Below the pieces are notes generated by a model that searched no databases, was not told the DNA's origin, and saw nothing but the letters and a program-made list of their open reading frames with translations. From a virus: DNA of 64,000 nucleotides. Location of the stretch: IMG/VR virus record IMGVR_UViG_3300036046_000003, positions 1 to 64,000 of that record, one strand, 5' to 3'. Made by a program: the position numbers and the translations under genes. Of this stretch, positions 29,101 to 39,300 are shown in pieces (position 1 is the first letter of the stretch; every line of letters starts with the position of its first letter).

Positions 29101-31641
29101 TTTGCGTACCAAGATATGTACCTGGCGGAGCGGGCGCTTACCGCCGAGCAGAAGAAGCTTGACCTGCTAAAGAAGCAGAGGGAGGAGCTTGAAAAGCAAT
29201 ACGGGCTGCGAGAAGCCGCCTTTAGCGCCGAGCTGGGTAATTCTAACGACTTTAGCCTAGAAGCTAATCGTGACGCAATGGTAGACCCCACCACCGAAGC
29301 GGGGAAAGCCAAAATCGCGCAAATGCGTGCGTCATTGTCTACGGAAGACTTTCAGGCGTGGATTGCGTTTCAACAGCAACTTTGGAACGCGCAGAAGGAA
29401 GCAGACGACCGCAGTTTGGCCGTTCAGGAAGAAGCGGCAGACGCAGCGGTTGCGGCGCTACAGCAGCAACTCGACTTGGTGAGGGCACAGTACGAGTATT
29501 ACGTCAAGATTTACGAGTACGCAAAGGGGCTGCTGTCGGCCAACAAAGAGGAAGAAAAAGCCGGGGGCGGCGGCGGAGGTGGCGGAGCAAAGAAAGACGT
29601 ACTTGGCGACCCTGCCGCGCTAGAGGAAGCTCGCAGGCGGGTTAGAGAAATTGTCGGCGCTGACGGCGCTATCTATGACGAAGCGCAACTAGCTGACAAC
29701 CTGGGGGGCGACCTTCCCGCGCTGGGTGGAGCCGACCGTCAGGAAGAGACAGAACAGGACAGAATTGACCGACTTGACGCGGAGAACCGTCGCCGCCGCG
29801 CCAAGTACGAAACAGACCTCATTAACGCCACGTCGGAAGAGGAGCGCGACGCGCTAAAGAAGCAACAGGACGCCTGGGACGCTGCCTACAAAGAGGAGAA
29901 GGCGCGATTGCAAGAGCGCCTTGGGCTAACCTCGGATATTACGGAAGCGGCTGACCAACAGGCTGAGCTATCCAGTAGCGAACGTATTCAGGCGGCCCGT
30001 GCCGAAGCGGAGAAGGTAATCCGCGAAGAAATGGGAGGCCAGCTCGAAACGGCGGGCGACCTAAAGAGCGAGGAGCGCGAGCTTCAAGACCTTCGCAATA
30101 TCGGCGACCGGAAGCGGTTAGAGTTTGAGAAGCGCCTGCGCGAGGCAAAGGGCGACGAAGAAGCTACGCGACGTATTAAGGAGGAGCAGCAAGCCTGGGA
30201 AGAGGCGTATAAAGCGGCGCTACAACTGCAAGAGGAGCGCGTAGAAGCCCTGCGCCGAGTAGAGCAGGAGAAGAAAGAGGCGGCAGCAGAAGCGGCAAAA
30301 GCTTCCAAGGGCGGCGGCTACGGTATCCCCGACCGCGACGACTTCCCCGGATATGTGCCTCCAACGCAGCGCGATCCAGATACAGACGATACAGACGGTC
30401 TGTATGGCCCGCCCACAGCCGAACAAGCGGGGTATCGTCCGCCAAACGAAGCCACTAAACTACTGGACGACTTTAACCGCGCACTTGACTTCTTAGGAAG
30501 CACAAGCGTAACCAGCAAAGAGAAAGTAGAAGAATTAGATCGGGCGGTAGCTGAGTTCTTTGGCTGGGCGGATACGAAGGGCGATTTTGATTGGAAAAAG
30601 GTACTTGGGCTTATTGAACTAGAAAACGCAGCAATCGGGCTAGGCGGCAAACTACGCGGGCTGTGGCAATCTATTTCAGAAGGTATTGGGGGCGCGCTAC
30701 TTGCGCTCGACAACTTCAATGTTGAGACCTGGGCAATGGCGCGAACCTGGGCGCAGGGCGTGTGGGAGAGGCTACAGTCCGGCTGGACGGAGTTTGTTAA
30801 CAACCCCGCTCCGACGCTATGGGCGGCTTTCTGGACGGCGCTTGGGCTTGGCTGGGTCGCCAGTGTGGTCGGCCCCGCGCCCGAACTGTGGGGAACCTTC
30901 TGGACGGCGGTACAGGAGGGCTGGACGCGGCTGGTAGCAACCCCCGCCCCCGAACTATGGGCAACGTTCTGGACGGCGCTTGGCCTCGGCTGGGTCGCCA
31001 ATGTGGTTACGCCGACACCCGACCTTTGGACGACCTTCTGGACGGCGCTTGGGCTTGGCTGGGTAACAAACGTCATTACACCGACACCCGAACTTTGGTC
31101 GAACTTTTGGCCCAACCTGAAAAAAGGATGGGACGAATTCGTAGCCAAACCAGGCGAGACGCTAGCAAAAGCGTTTGCCCCGCTAGTATCCGCGTTTGAC
31201 GGGCTGCGCACTAAAATCGACGGCTTTGTCGGCTGGCTCAAAAGCCTCAGCTTTGGCGGCAATAAAAAGGAGGACGGCGGTCGCGTCGGTGGCTCCTACA
31301 AAACGGGGCTTGCGTCCGTCCCCTACGACGGCTTCATCGCAGAACTGCATCAAGCGGAGCGCGTCCTAACCGCCGAGGAGGCGGTTAGGTATAACCAACT
31401 CGAAAGCGCCGGACTACTCGGCGCGCTCCCTCAGATCGGGGCTGCCGTATCTGCCGCCGTACAGGGTGCCCAATCCCTAATGGGAGAAGTCCTAGCGCGG
31501 GCCGCCAACGCGGGTTCCTCTATGTACTCCAACACTACCAATAGTTCCCGCGTAACCAACCTGTCTATCGCCAGAGTAGACGCGAACGATCCTACCGCCG
31601 GGCGCGCCTTGCTGGAAAAGCTGGCGTTCCACGGGCAATAG
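26164..31641 (+). CDS. Tape measure protein
   Basis: 1825 aa, helical; TP901-type core (IKGSQAGRSL), central hydrophobic segments, 22-aa Trp-periodic repeats, C-terminal GL..VPYDGF.AELH..ERVLTA. Confidence 0.92.
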   Translation: MAEELFEGRAEVNIAPFVANLEQMERRAQAAAAAIKAQFDGLAADIRKSFQSVAAGGVPIQLTTNQVAAQVRTVRQGVQDQVKALQQLSAIEKATRQKAAQDALTIERGRSRDLLAQLRYAQGEEVKVVQAAAAARANALRAAVAEQRRVEAEARTQAAAQLRAASGFEGAGEGANAAGARAQALASIQVAEESVQKRSSLERELTEVARAENAARTKLAEDGARRMAEAQQGAIRSFNLSGRAGLDQFATAFEETIRQVEDRWNSVFRAGTQIQSVGQGFVQFASNVKNAGMALTDNAGDFDFWIARTKAAMQSAGSNEAVTQIEELQSRTLDLGRELGSLDPEELATGWFTYQAALGETINTTEDLEETQNALRVMLQAGIISDSTPETVMRGVAGVLASYRLETEDSAYATSVLMNVTQRTQAEFIDLLEAYKMIGSQGPVMNGSIAETSALLAAMATQNIKGSQAGRSLNMVYSRLNDMTREGAEVLDEILVSSQGLQGSWEDIAFAGGPFIGLLGEIDEQGNVVKEGFIEKFVEPFMQLPKEIRDVELAQAIGKIFPENAARGFIPLVQSYADGLDAVRSGADGAQNELLTLYAEFQDGNEQARLFDAQWKTIFESLRQQIDRATYGFRQGFTRIGVLTAEVFIPVIGWVGGLVERLALFAENNPTVAKSVLAVVGTLAALAAVIGPLLIAVGLMLTGISGFSVAAASLAGLKGAFVGLLTTLGVTAPPLGILLGLLAAVALGAYLLTNNVSGLRDALGGLGGSLGTLLGGLGEFGIGLVEALEGALTGSEEKFQEGMRRAAEGGIAVLVLFPQRVGEVFAQFQQDFYVWGFNLMISLRDGIYAAGEYLLQAASDIAAGIAQYFESFSPPKVGPLRGIYVWGRNLIRTFIEGMSAADITAVSDIAGRIGDALQLTKDFGGGEEGLDVLGLSNEANELAAQMVGILQRGGRVSDTFFEGLRSGLGAWYEDIQNILFAYQDMYLAERALTAEQKKLDLLKKQREELEKQYGLREAAFSAELGNSNDFSLEANRDAMVDPTTEAGKAKIAQMRASLSTEDFQAWIAFQQQLWNAQKEADDRSLAVQEEAADAAVAALQQQLDLVRAQYEYYVKIYEYAKGLLSANKEEEKAGGGGGGGGAKKDVLGDPAALEEARRRVREIVGADGAIYDEAQLADNLGGDLPALGGADRQEETEQDRIDRLDAENRRRRAKYETDLINATSEEERDALKKQQDAWDAAYKEEKARLQERLGLTSDITEAADQQAELSSSERIQAARAEAEKVIREEMGGQLETAGDLKSEERELQDLRNIGDRKRLEFEKRLREAKGDEEATRRIKEEQQAWEEAYKAALQLQEERVEALRRVEQEKKEAAAEAAKASKGGGYGIPDRDDFPGYVPPTQRDPDTDDTDGLYGPPTAEQAGYRPPNEATKLLDDFNRALDFLGSTSVTSKEKVEELDRAVAEFFGWADTKGDFDWKKVLGLIELENAAIGLGGKLRGLWQSISEGIGGALLALDNFNVETWAMARTWAQGVWERLQSGWTEFVNNPAPTLWAAFWTALGLGWVASVVGPAPELWGTFWTAVQEGWTRLVATPAPELWATFWTALGLGWVANVVTPTPDLWTTFWTALGLGWVTNVITPTPELWSNFWPNLKKGWDEFVAKPGETLAKAFAPLVSAFDGLRTKIDGFVGWLKSLSFGGNKKEDGGRVGGSYKTGLASVPYDGFIAELHQAERVLTAEEAVRYNQLESAGLLGALPQIGAAVSAAVQGAQSLMGEVLARAANAGSSMYSNTTNSSRVTNLSIARVDANDPTAGRALLEKLAFHGQ

Positions 31642-31673
31642 AAACAGGGCCGTTTTCTTTTGAGAACGGCCCT

Positions 31674-32336
31674 TCTCCTAGAATGACCTACAAGGGGGCT
31701 GGGAAGCTCCAGGAGCGACGATAGAACCAAAAGGGTACTCTGAGTAGGGTACGTCTACTTCGCAACTGCGGAAAGACGCGCCGCTTCTTCCAGAGTTCTG
31801 CATTAACTGCACAAGGCTGTGAAAAGTTTCACAATCCAAATAGTTGAACAGAGAGGATCTTTAGGAGAGAGTTCTCGGAAGAGCGGGAGCTGGAATAGCC
31901 TACACAAGCCCGATAGGGCGAGTGGGGATCTTGTCCTCTTGTTCTTCGGGCTTGTGTTGGGTAAACGAGGAGGGTTGTGAAAAGTATCACAACCCTATAT
32001 ATTTTCCGAGTTTCCCGCTTTGGGCCGCACAGGCCGACACTAGGCAGGGTAGGGGCAACACGTACAACTACGCGGGGCGCTAGCCGCGCCCCTGCACCCC
32101 CAGGCCCGTCTCGCTCCGCTCGACGGAAACGCTAACGCGTTTTCTAGAGGAGACATACTCCTACAACCCCACCTCCCTAAAGGCCCTCTTAGTATACCAG
32201 TTAAAAACAAGTTAGTGGGACAAAAAGAGGGGTGAAAGAGGGCAGTTTGGGGTACTTGTTTCGGTTTTACCGCGTTCCAAAGCCAAACACACATTACAAA
32301 ACTGTAATCGATTTTCTCATAAATCTCTTGACAAGG
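31674..32336 (+). repeat. Dispersed structured non-coding element, copy B
   Basis: Direct repeat of the copy A core and of nt 1-126; reverse complement of 53047-53707. Confidence 0.95.
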
Positions 32337-32346
32337 CGAGGAGCCA

Positions 32347-34359
32347 ATGGCATTTTTAACGAGTTTTCGCTTTAAGGGGGTGGAGTTCAACGACGGAACT
32401 AACTTCCTTTTAGATACTCGCGGGTCGAACTTTGACGATCAGAACCCGGTGGAGGCGACGTATGCGCCACGCAAAGGGAATACCCCACAAGTAGTGGGGG
32501 CGACGCAGCGGGAAACCACCGTACAGCTAAGTATCAATTTGGTGGCGCGAACCGCAGCCGATCTGGACGCGAGAATTGCGACGCTTCGGCGCGTCTTTGA
32601 CCCAACCGACACACGCGAGTTTCTGTTAGAGCGGAAGCGCCCTACTGAGGCCGCTTATCGGACGCTGCGCGTAGCGGTACGCGGGCTGAACATTGACCGT
32701 ACCGGGCGGAAGGCTACAGCGACGCTACAGACGGCGGATATGCGCTGGGAAGAGCCGACAACCGCCAGCGCGTTGCGTACCGCGTTCAGTTCCGGCTTCG
32801 TTGAAGAGTGGTTCCTTACGTATAACGGCAATCAGCCGGTAGAGCCGGTGCTTGAAGTCACGCCGCTTACGGTGGGTAGTGACGGGCCGTTACCTCTGTA
32901 CTATCGGGAAATAAATGTGTGGGCCTGGGAACCGGCGCGGGTGCTCGGCTATCCTATACGGCTTGCAACCGATTGGGACGTAAACGCAGAAATTGCCGCC
33001 GGAAAAATACGAACTGATTTAGCTGATATGTCGATTACGGTGGGTGGTCAGCCGCAGCCGCATCGGATTAGTCGGCGGGGAACTACTAGCCGTATCGATA
33101 TTTGGATACGTCCGGTCAATTGGCCGGATTATGGCAAACCAATGGTGGGGCGGCGCGTAGACGGAGCGCCCATTTCTACAATAGGCGCAGGCGACCCTAC
33201 CCCGTTTACGTTATTGGTGCGTCTGAACCAGGGTAATTATTTCCCGCTACCTTCGACTAGTACAATTAAAATTGGGGACGAGTTCTTTGTTTACGACAGT
33301 CCAGTGCGTATTGATGAGTTTTATTATAGCGTGCGCATTACACAGCGCGGCGTCTATGGCTCGCCGGTACAAACTCACGATTTTGGCGCGCCTGTTCTAT
33401 TGCCGACTGTTGTGCGGGTCAACTACGGCTACGCACCCGGATTTGCGCGCACCTTCCCGTGGTTAATGGGTGACAACTGGCCGGATATTAATTACGAAAC
33501 CTCGTCTAACGCGGAATGGCACTTTGACCGGGGCACTACCCGGCAGCAGCTTAACGCCTGGGGTGAAGTTCGCAACGGACTGAATTGGCGAATTGAACGC
33601 ACACCCGGAACGCCCACTACACGATTACGGGCGCAGGCAATTTCTACGGCTGACCCGCTCCACGGAATTAGAGCGGGCTTTGAGACGTGGTATCCCTCCG
33701 CTGCGGGTAGCGATACGTTGCGCCGCCTCGTGCTCGACCACGCAGGTGGAAACTCCCTGCGCGTAATTAACCAGATACGGCTTTGGTATCAAGCCCCGGC
33801 GGGCACCACTACGCAGTTGCGCCGGATTAGAAGTGGCTATGGAACCGCGTTTGAGACCGGCAATCAGCTTTGGAGCGGTTTTTCTATTAACGGCAACTCA
33901 ACTCTAGACACGGGCTGGGTGGTTACTGACGCTTGGGGCACCGTCCCAACGCACTTCGTTTTTGAGAACCTGGCCCCTGTTACCGGACAGGCGGTTAGGG
34001 CACTGCTTGTGACGAGCTTTTCCCTGCGATGGGACGCGGGATTTGCGCCGACACCCAGCGGGATTGGCGGCGAGCAGGGAATAGGCACCGGGGAGTTTCC
34101 TGTTTCCTTTTCCCTCGAAAACGTAGCGGACGGCCTACGCAGCGGCCCGTTTCACATTACCGCTCGAATGAGCGTCAATCAGACGGGGCGCATTGATTGC
34201 GCCACGCGAGCCGTTACCGGGGATCTCCAGACGAAAGAAGTGTCGTATCAACTGTCCTCCTGGCTGCGGCTTGTTCCGGGCGAGAATAGAATTGTGTGTC
34301 GCACAAGCGCGGGTAGCGGGCAGGTGAGGCTGCTGCTTACCTGGCAGGCACGCCACTAG
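32347..34359 (+). CDS. Distal tail (Dit-like) protein with large insertions
   Basis: Follows the tape-measure gene; YNGN.PVEP and terminal WL.LVPGEN.I motifs. Confidence 0.7.
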   Translation: MAFLTSFRFKGVEFNDGTNFLLDTRGSNFDDQNPVEATYAPRKGNTPQVVGATQRETTVQLSINLVARTAADLDARIATLRRVFDPTDTREFLLERKRPTEAAYRTLRVAVRGLNIDRTGRKATATLQTADMRWEEPTTASALRTAFSSGFVEEWFLTYNGNQPVEPVLEVTPLTVGSDGPLPLYYREINVWAWEPARVLGYPIRLATDWDVNAEIAAGKIRTDLADMSITVGGQPQPHRISRRGTTSRIDIWIRPVNWPDYGKPMVGRRVDGAPISTIGAGDPTPFTLLVRLNQGNYFPLPSTSTIKIGDEFFVYDSPVRIDEFYYSVRITQRGVYGSPVQTHDFGAPVLLPTVVRVNYGYAPGFARTFPWLMGDNWPDINYETSSNAEWHFDRGTTRQQLNAWGEVRNGLNWRIERTPGTPTTRLRAQAISTADPLHGIRAGFETWYPSAAGSDTLRRLVLDHAGGNSLRVINQIRLWYQAPAGTTTQLRRIRSGYGTAFETGNQLWSGFSINGNSTLDTGWVVTDAWGTVPTHFVFENLAPVTGQAVRALLVTSFSLRWDAGFAPTPSGIGGEQGIGTGEFPVSFSLENVADGLRSGPFHITARMSVNQTGRIDCATRAVTGDLQTKEVSYQLSSWLRLVPGENRIVCRTSAGSGQVRLLLTWQARH

Positions 34360-34367
34360 GAGGTCGA

Positions 34368-35399
34368 ATGCCACAAACGGTGCTTGCGTACACGCTCCCT
34401 GACGGCAGCGACCTTCGCGTTAGCCCTTTTGCCACGAACGTCAGCCGCGCCTGGGTTCTTAATGACGTAGGAACCGCAACCTTCGACCTTCCCGCAGAAA
34501 CGCCTGATTTAGCCCGCGTCTGTCAGTTCGGCGCACTACACTGGCTCTACGAAGACGGTGTTCCTCCGTTTGTTGGCGAAGTAGAACAGGTTTCCTTTAG
34601 CGATACCGGAACCGTGAGCGTCGGCCTCCGTAGCGCCGAATACCTCTTGCGCGGCCAGATTACGCGACAGTCCGTTCTGTTCGGGGAAAGTAGCCCGGTC
34701 TCTGCGGGGGCCGTAGCTGCGGGGGTCTTTGAGAGCGCGGTTACGCGCAACGGGCGCTCCCCGTTGCGCCCTGGTGTATTTGACGCAGAAAACGCTACGT
34801 TTCTCAAAGCGACGTATGCGGATTGCTTCGACGTTTTCTCCAAACTGACGGAGGATCACAAAGCCGCTTTTTGGGTAGACGACCATCTGCGCGTCCACTT
34901 TCGGGGGCGGCGCGGGTCAGATAAGCGGGACAGCGTATTGCTCTTCCAGGGGCGCAATCTGCTGTCGGCGACTGTTACCGGGTCGGTAGCCGACACGATC
35001 AACGCGGCGGTGGTGGTGGCTGACAGCAACAATCCGGCTGACGGACGCACAGCCGCCCTGCGCTACGATACAACAGGTCAATTTAGAGCGGCGGTACTGA
35101 CCCTAAGCGGTGCAAAAGACCAGGCACAAGCACGACAGTTTGGTGTTGATACCCTGCGGGAACGTCGTTGGCCGACAATGACCCTGGAAGGCTACGTTCC
35201 CCGAACGGCGGCTGAGTGGGGTAGTTTCTTTCTCGGAGATATTGTGCGCGTAGTGACGCCGCTTGTGCCCTGGAAAAACGAGCACATCTGCCGCGTTATC
35301 GCAGCTGAGCTAGGCCCGCAAGAGGATCAAATGCGGTTTGTCTTTTCGATTATTAATGAGACAGCCGCAGAGACCCCAGCAACCTGGGTGCTTACGTAA
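34368..35399 (+). CDS. Minor tail / baseplate hub (Tal-like) protein
   Basis: LNDVGTATF, RGSD, F.LGDIV.V; gene order. Confidence 0.7.
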   Translation: MPQTVLAYTLPDGSDLRVSPFATNVSRAWVLNDVGTATFDLPAETPDLARVCQFGALHWLYEDGVPPFVGEVEQVSFSDTGTVSVGLRSAEYLLRGQITRQSVLFGESSPVSAGAVAAGVFESAVTRNGRSPLRPGVFDAENATFLKATYADCFDVFSKLTEDHKAAFWVDDHLRVHFRGRRGSDKRDSVLLFQGRNLLSATVTGSVADTINAAVVVADSNNPADGRTAALRYDTTGQFRAAVLTLSGAKDQAQARQFGVDTLRERRWPTMTLEGYVPRTAAEWGSFFLGDIVRVVTPLVPWKNEHICRVIAAELGPQEDQMRFVFSIINETAAETPATWVLT

Positions 35400-35462
35400 T
35401 AGCAGTGCGTTTAGTGCAGAAGGCCCACTCCGTTCGGGGTGGGCTTTTTCTTTGGAATACTT

Positions 35463-38072
35463 ATGAGTTCTATTTCGCAGCTAGACCTTGTACTTTTAGG
35501 CCGACGAGGACTAACGGCTCGCCTGGGTGGGGTTGAACGCGCCATTCGTGACCTTTCGTTGGGCGTCGCACAAGAGGCAGTAGGCGCGGTTACGGGGGTG
35601 CGCCCTAATCTCCTTTCAAACGGCTCCTTCGAGTTCTACAATCGAGGCGAAACGAAACCAAACGAGTGGGCCGCGAGTGGTACGGTGTCTGTAGCGTCGG
35701 GGACGCTGGGCGCTGACGGTAGCGTGGTAGTGTTGCTTTCAGCGGGGGCCTCTATTAGTCAGTCTGTAGACGGGGGTCAACCGCAGAACGTTGGCGCGGG
35801 TACGCTGTCCCTGGCGGTTCGGGCCACCGCACCTGCGACAATTACGTTGGCGGTTAACCACAGCGCCGCCACAAGCGGGCCAATCATTCGGTTGGGGCTT
35901 GACGGGGTAGAGGTCGAAACAAACGAACATCCGGGCGACGGTACTTGGTATCGTTTCTTTCGGCAGTATCTCTTAACCGCCGCTGGTGCGGCTTCTGTGT
36001 CGGTGGGCTGCTCTGCCGGTTCTGTTGAAGCTGATGCCGTTAAATATGAGCGAGAAGACGGTACGGGTACGTTTATCGAACCCACGGCGTTTGTGGGAGG
36101 CGATTGGGGGGCTGCCGTCCAGCTACGCACCCTCAAAGCTGAGAATATTATTTCAGGCCAACTCACGGTTGGCGGGGCGGACAGTAACAACCCACGAATT
36201 AGCGTCCTTAACGGGGACAACGCCGAGATTGTGACGATAGGAGACCCTGCAAGTGGGTTTCTTGGTATTGAGGTTAAGGACGCGGGGGGTATGCGGGTGA
36301 GTGGCAGCGGAGACGTGGCCGTTGTCGGCGGGGGGCGTATTTACGCGGGTATGCCCGCCGGGGGGCGGACTGAGCTGGCCGCCGCCGGGTTGGCGGGCTA
36401 CAACGCGGCGAACGAGAAACAGGCGGAGCTGCAAAGCGCTACTGGTAAACTGCGCATTCTTGGGGTCGGCGGTCTGTCGGTAGAGAATGGGGCGTCCGTC
36501 GAAATTAAAGGCGGCGGCCATTTGCTTGTGGGTACGCCCGACGCGCAGCGTACCGAGGTTCGTAATTACGGGGTTGTTGGATACAACAACGACAACGAAG
36601 TTATTTTTGCGCTGAATGAGGCCGGTGTCGTCAATGGGGTCAACGTAGACGACGGCGATGTATTGATCGGCAACGCAGGCAACAATTACGCGCTTTGGGA
36701 TAATTCTGCGGGCGAGCTTACTATTGTCGGAACAGTAATCGCGGGCGAAGGTAACGTCGAAATAGGTACGGCGGGTGTTACCTTGCTGAGTAGCGGCGTT
36801 AACTACAACGCACGAAACGCCGTGACCTGGGTAACTGACCTTTCCGAACCAAATACGGACTTTCCCGTAGCTGTGGTTTTTGGTGGAAGGCAAGAGGTTA
36901 GCCAGACAAATCCACGGGTACGCAAAATTCTTGACCTGTACAGCGGGTCAATAAACGACGTGTTCTTCTCCCGCCCCGCCGGTAGCCCACAGGAAGACGG
37001 AAAGCTTACCTGTATCGCCATTGGCACAAAAGACGGCGGACAAGCCAGTGCGTTTTACGGCGCGTTTGCTGGTACTGCCGCAGAAATGATATTCCATTCA
37101 GTTGCGCGGCGTATTGAAATTGGCGGATCGGGCCTTTGTCGGAAAAACTCGACAAACACAAACCCGGCTTTTTTGCAGTGGGAAGCCGGGTTCGTAGAGT
37201 TGGGCGGAGAGGGCCATTCGGCGGGGGTGCGTACCCGTGGAACCCTCGACGTAAGAAAGCTGAACGCTGCGGGTGGTAGTAACGTTCAACTCGAAGGGCG
37301 CACCGCTCTCACCGACATAAACGACGGCTTTTTGCGGGTCAATCACGGCGAGCAGTACAGTGAAGGTGTTGCGGTGTCGGGCCGCTTACGCGCATTCGGC
37401 TGGCTCAGTGTCGGCAATGACGCGCTCAACTTCACACCCACCGGGTCTACCTGGGCTACAGGTGGGGCTACCTTACTCCTGAACGGCCTGGATACTACCT
37501 CGATTGTTTTCCACGACGCCAATAACCGCGTAGACGCGATTGTGGCGGGCGGGGGACTTCTGCGTATTGGGCCGGACATTGGCTTTGGCCCTGCGAATGT
37601 GGAGTTCTCAGGAACTACGGCATTCGGACGCGCCCCTGTTTCAAACGTCCGGGCGGTTATGTTTGCGACAACGAATGACAGTAACGGACATAGCCTGTTT
37701 TGCGCGAACAACGGCTGGACGCAAAACCACTTGTATATTCGCGGAGACGGCTTGCCCTGGGTCAATCAAGCCTGGGTTGTCGGTTCCGACGAACGCCTGA
37801 AAGAAGACATAGCCGACGTACCAAACGCCCTAGACCGTCTTCAAGGCGTTCGGCCCCGCTCCTACTACCTTCGAGCCGACGAGGCCCGTCAACGAAGGCG
37901 TCATTACGGCGTAGTCGCTCAGGAGTTGGTAGAGGTACTACCTGAACTGGTGTCAGAAGGGCAGGACGGCACACTGGCGGTGGCGTATGAAGAGCTGATC
38001 CCCCTGCTTGTGGGGGCCGTAAAAGAGTTGTCAGCGCGGGTTACAGCCCTTGAAGCGCGCCTGCGCTCGTAA
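35463..38072 (+). CDS. Tail fibre/spike with C-terminal intramolecular chaperone (peptidase S74)
   Basis: NLL.NGSFE carbohydrate-binding-like start; SDERLKEDI, YGVVAQE, PELV, V.YE.LIP.LV.A.KEL. Confidence 0.88.
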   Translation: MSSISQLDLVLLGRRGLTARLGGVERAIRDLSLGVAQEAVGAVTGVRPNLLSNGSFEFYNRGETKPNEWAASGTVSVASGTLGADGSVVVLLSAGASISQSVDGGQPQNVGAGTLSLAVRATAPATITLAVNHSAATSGPIIRLGLDGVEVETNEHPGDGTWYRFFRQYLLTAAGAASVSVGCSAGSVEADAVKYEREDGTGTFIEPTAFVGGDWGAAVQLRTLKAENIISGQLTVGGADSNNPRISVLNGDNAEIVTIGDPASGFLGIEVKDAGGMRVSGSGDVAVVGGGRIYAGMPAGGRTELAAAGLAGYNAANEKQAELQSATGKLRILGVGGLSVENGASVEIKGGGHLLVGTPDAQRTEVRNYGVVGYNNDNEVIFALNEAGVVNGVNVDDGDVLIGNAGNNYALWDNSAGELTIVGTVIAGEGNVEIGTAGVTLLSSGVNYNARNAVTWVTDLSEPNTDFPVAVVFGGRQEVSQTNPRVRKILDLYSGSINDVFFSRPAGSPQEDGKLTCIAIGTKDGGQASAFYGAFAGTAAEMIFHSVARRIEIGGSGLCRKNSTNTNPAFLQWEAGFVELGGEGHSAGVRTRGTLDVRKLNAAGGSNVQLEGRTALTDINDGFLRVNHGEQYSEGVAVSGRLRAFGWLSVGNDALNFTPTGSTWATGGATLLLNGLDTTSIVFHDANNRVDAIVAGGGLLRIGPDIGFGPANVEFSGTTAFGRAPVSNVRAVMFATTNDSNGHSLFCANNGWTQNHLYIRGDGLPWVNQAWVVGSDERLKEDIADVPNALDRLQGVRPRSYYLRADEARQRRRHYGVVAQELVEVLPELVSEGQDGTLAVAYEELIPLLVGAVKELSARVTALEARLRS

Positions 38073-38082
38073 GGAAAACCAA

Positions 38083-38883
38083 ATGAAGGATACTCTTCCC
38101 GAAGCGGGAGCAATTGATATTCGCTCCCGGCTTTCTGTGCGCCCACGCGAGGCGGGTACGCCCTACAGTCGGGTACGTCGGCGGGGCAGCCCACTTGGAG
38201 GCGCGCTGCACTATAACGGCCCTAAGCTGCTTGTGTATGGCAACCCGGAAAAAGAACTGCGGTTTGTCGAAACGGTAGTTTTACGGGAACACCAGAACCG
38301 GCTTGGAGCCGACAGTGTGCAGTATCACTACGTAGTGCTTTCTAACGGACAGCGCTATCAGACGCGGGGTCTAACCCTAACCGCGTGGCACTGCGGTAAC
38401 GGCTATGGTAATGACCGCCACCTGGCCGTACACTTGACGCTGGGTAAGGGCCAAACACCCACGGCGGAACAGTGGGCCTCCACTGTCGAACTGTTTGATA
38501 TTCTCGGCGCGGCTTTCGGCTGGGGGCGGCGCTCGGTGTTCGGCCACAATGAGTATCCACGTTCGTCGGGGTTTCCGCGAGCGCAGGAACGCTACGCGCT
38601 TTTGCCGAAGCAATCCGAATGCCCCGGCCCTATTCTGCATCAGTTGCTTGTGGAGTGCCGTACCGCTGAAACGCAACTACAGCGCGTGCGCGTAACCGCC
38701 GCAGCGGGACTGACCATTCGGCAAGGGCCAGGACGCGAATACCCCCGTGTGGCCGCACTTCCGGCGGGAACGATTGTGGAGACGCGGCGGCAGCCAAAGA
38801 CGGAAAATGACGGCCCCTGGCTGTGGTTGACGGACGGGCGTGGTTTTATCGCACGCTGGTTTACCGAGCCAGTGGCAGAATAG
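38083..38883 (+). CDS. Endolysin: amidase_2 domain plus SH3b
   Basis: LHY, YHYVV, AWHCG, GH.E, CPG; C-terminal L.IR.GPG..Y. Confidence 0.88.
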   Translation: MKDTLPEAGAIDIRSRLSVRPREAGTPYSRVRRRGSPLGGALHYNGPKLLVYGNPEKELRFVETVVLREHQNRLGADSVQYHYVVLSNGQRYQTRGLTLTAWHCGNGYGNDRHLAVHLTLGKGQTPTAEQWASTVELFDILGAAFGWGRRSVFGHNEYPRSSGFPRAQERYALLPKQSECPGPILHQLLVECRTAETQLQRVRVTAAAGLTIRQGPGREYPRVAALPAGTIVETRRQPKTENDGPWLWLTDGRGFIARWFTEPVAE

Positions 38884-38892
38884 AGGGCCATT

Positions 38893-39300
38893 ATGCGGCG
38901 AGCGCTAATGCTTACCGACTTTCGAGCGTTTGAACTATTTACCGTTTGCCTCGAAATTGGCTGGGGTTTGCTTTTGCTCAACCCCTGGGTAGGAATTTTT
39001 AGTACCAGCCCCTCTTTCGCCGGTATGCGGCAGCTCGTGCCGTATGAGTGGGCCTGGGGGTTGTTCTTCCTCTTGTTTGGCCTTTTCCACGGGGCTTTAT
39101 TTTTATCTGCTAGCGGGAGGTTTGCGCTGCTACCCGTTTTTCTGTGGGTATTTATCGTAATCCTTCTGCTGGAAGCCAATCCCTTTACGACGGGCGCGGT
39201 AGTGTACAGCCTGGTGGCGGTTTTTAATTGCTGTGCGTTTCTGCGCTCGTATCTCTGGCGGCGGCAAACAGCCCGCATTAAAGGAGACCTGCGCGAATGA
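38893..39300 (+). CDS. Multi-pass membrane protein (lysis cassette)
   Basis: About four hydrophobic segments; paralogue of the next gene. Confidence 0.7.
   Translation: MRRALMLTDFRAFELFTVCLEIGWGLLLLNPWVGIFSTSPSFAGMRQLVPYEWAWGLFFLLFGLFHGALFLSASGRFALLPVFLWVFIVILLLEANPFTTGAVVYSLVAVFNCCAFLRSYLWRRQTARIKGDLRE

Noticed and set aside
30780-31130. 66-bp periodic repeat and long antisense ORF 30318-31262
   Set aside because: Ordinary Trp-periodic tape-measure repeats; the antisense ORF is a shadow of high-GC coding sequence.
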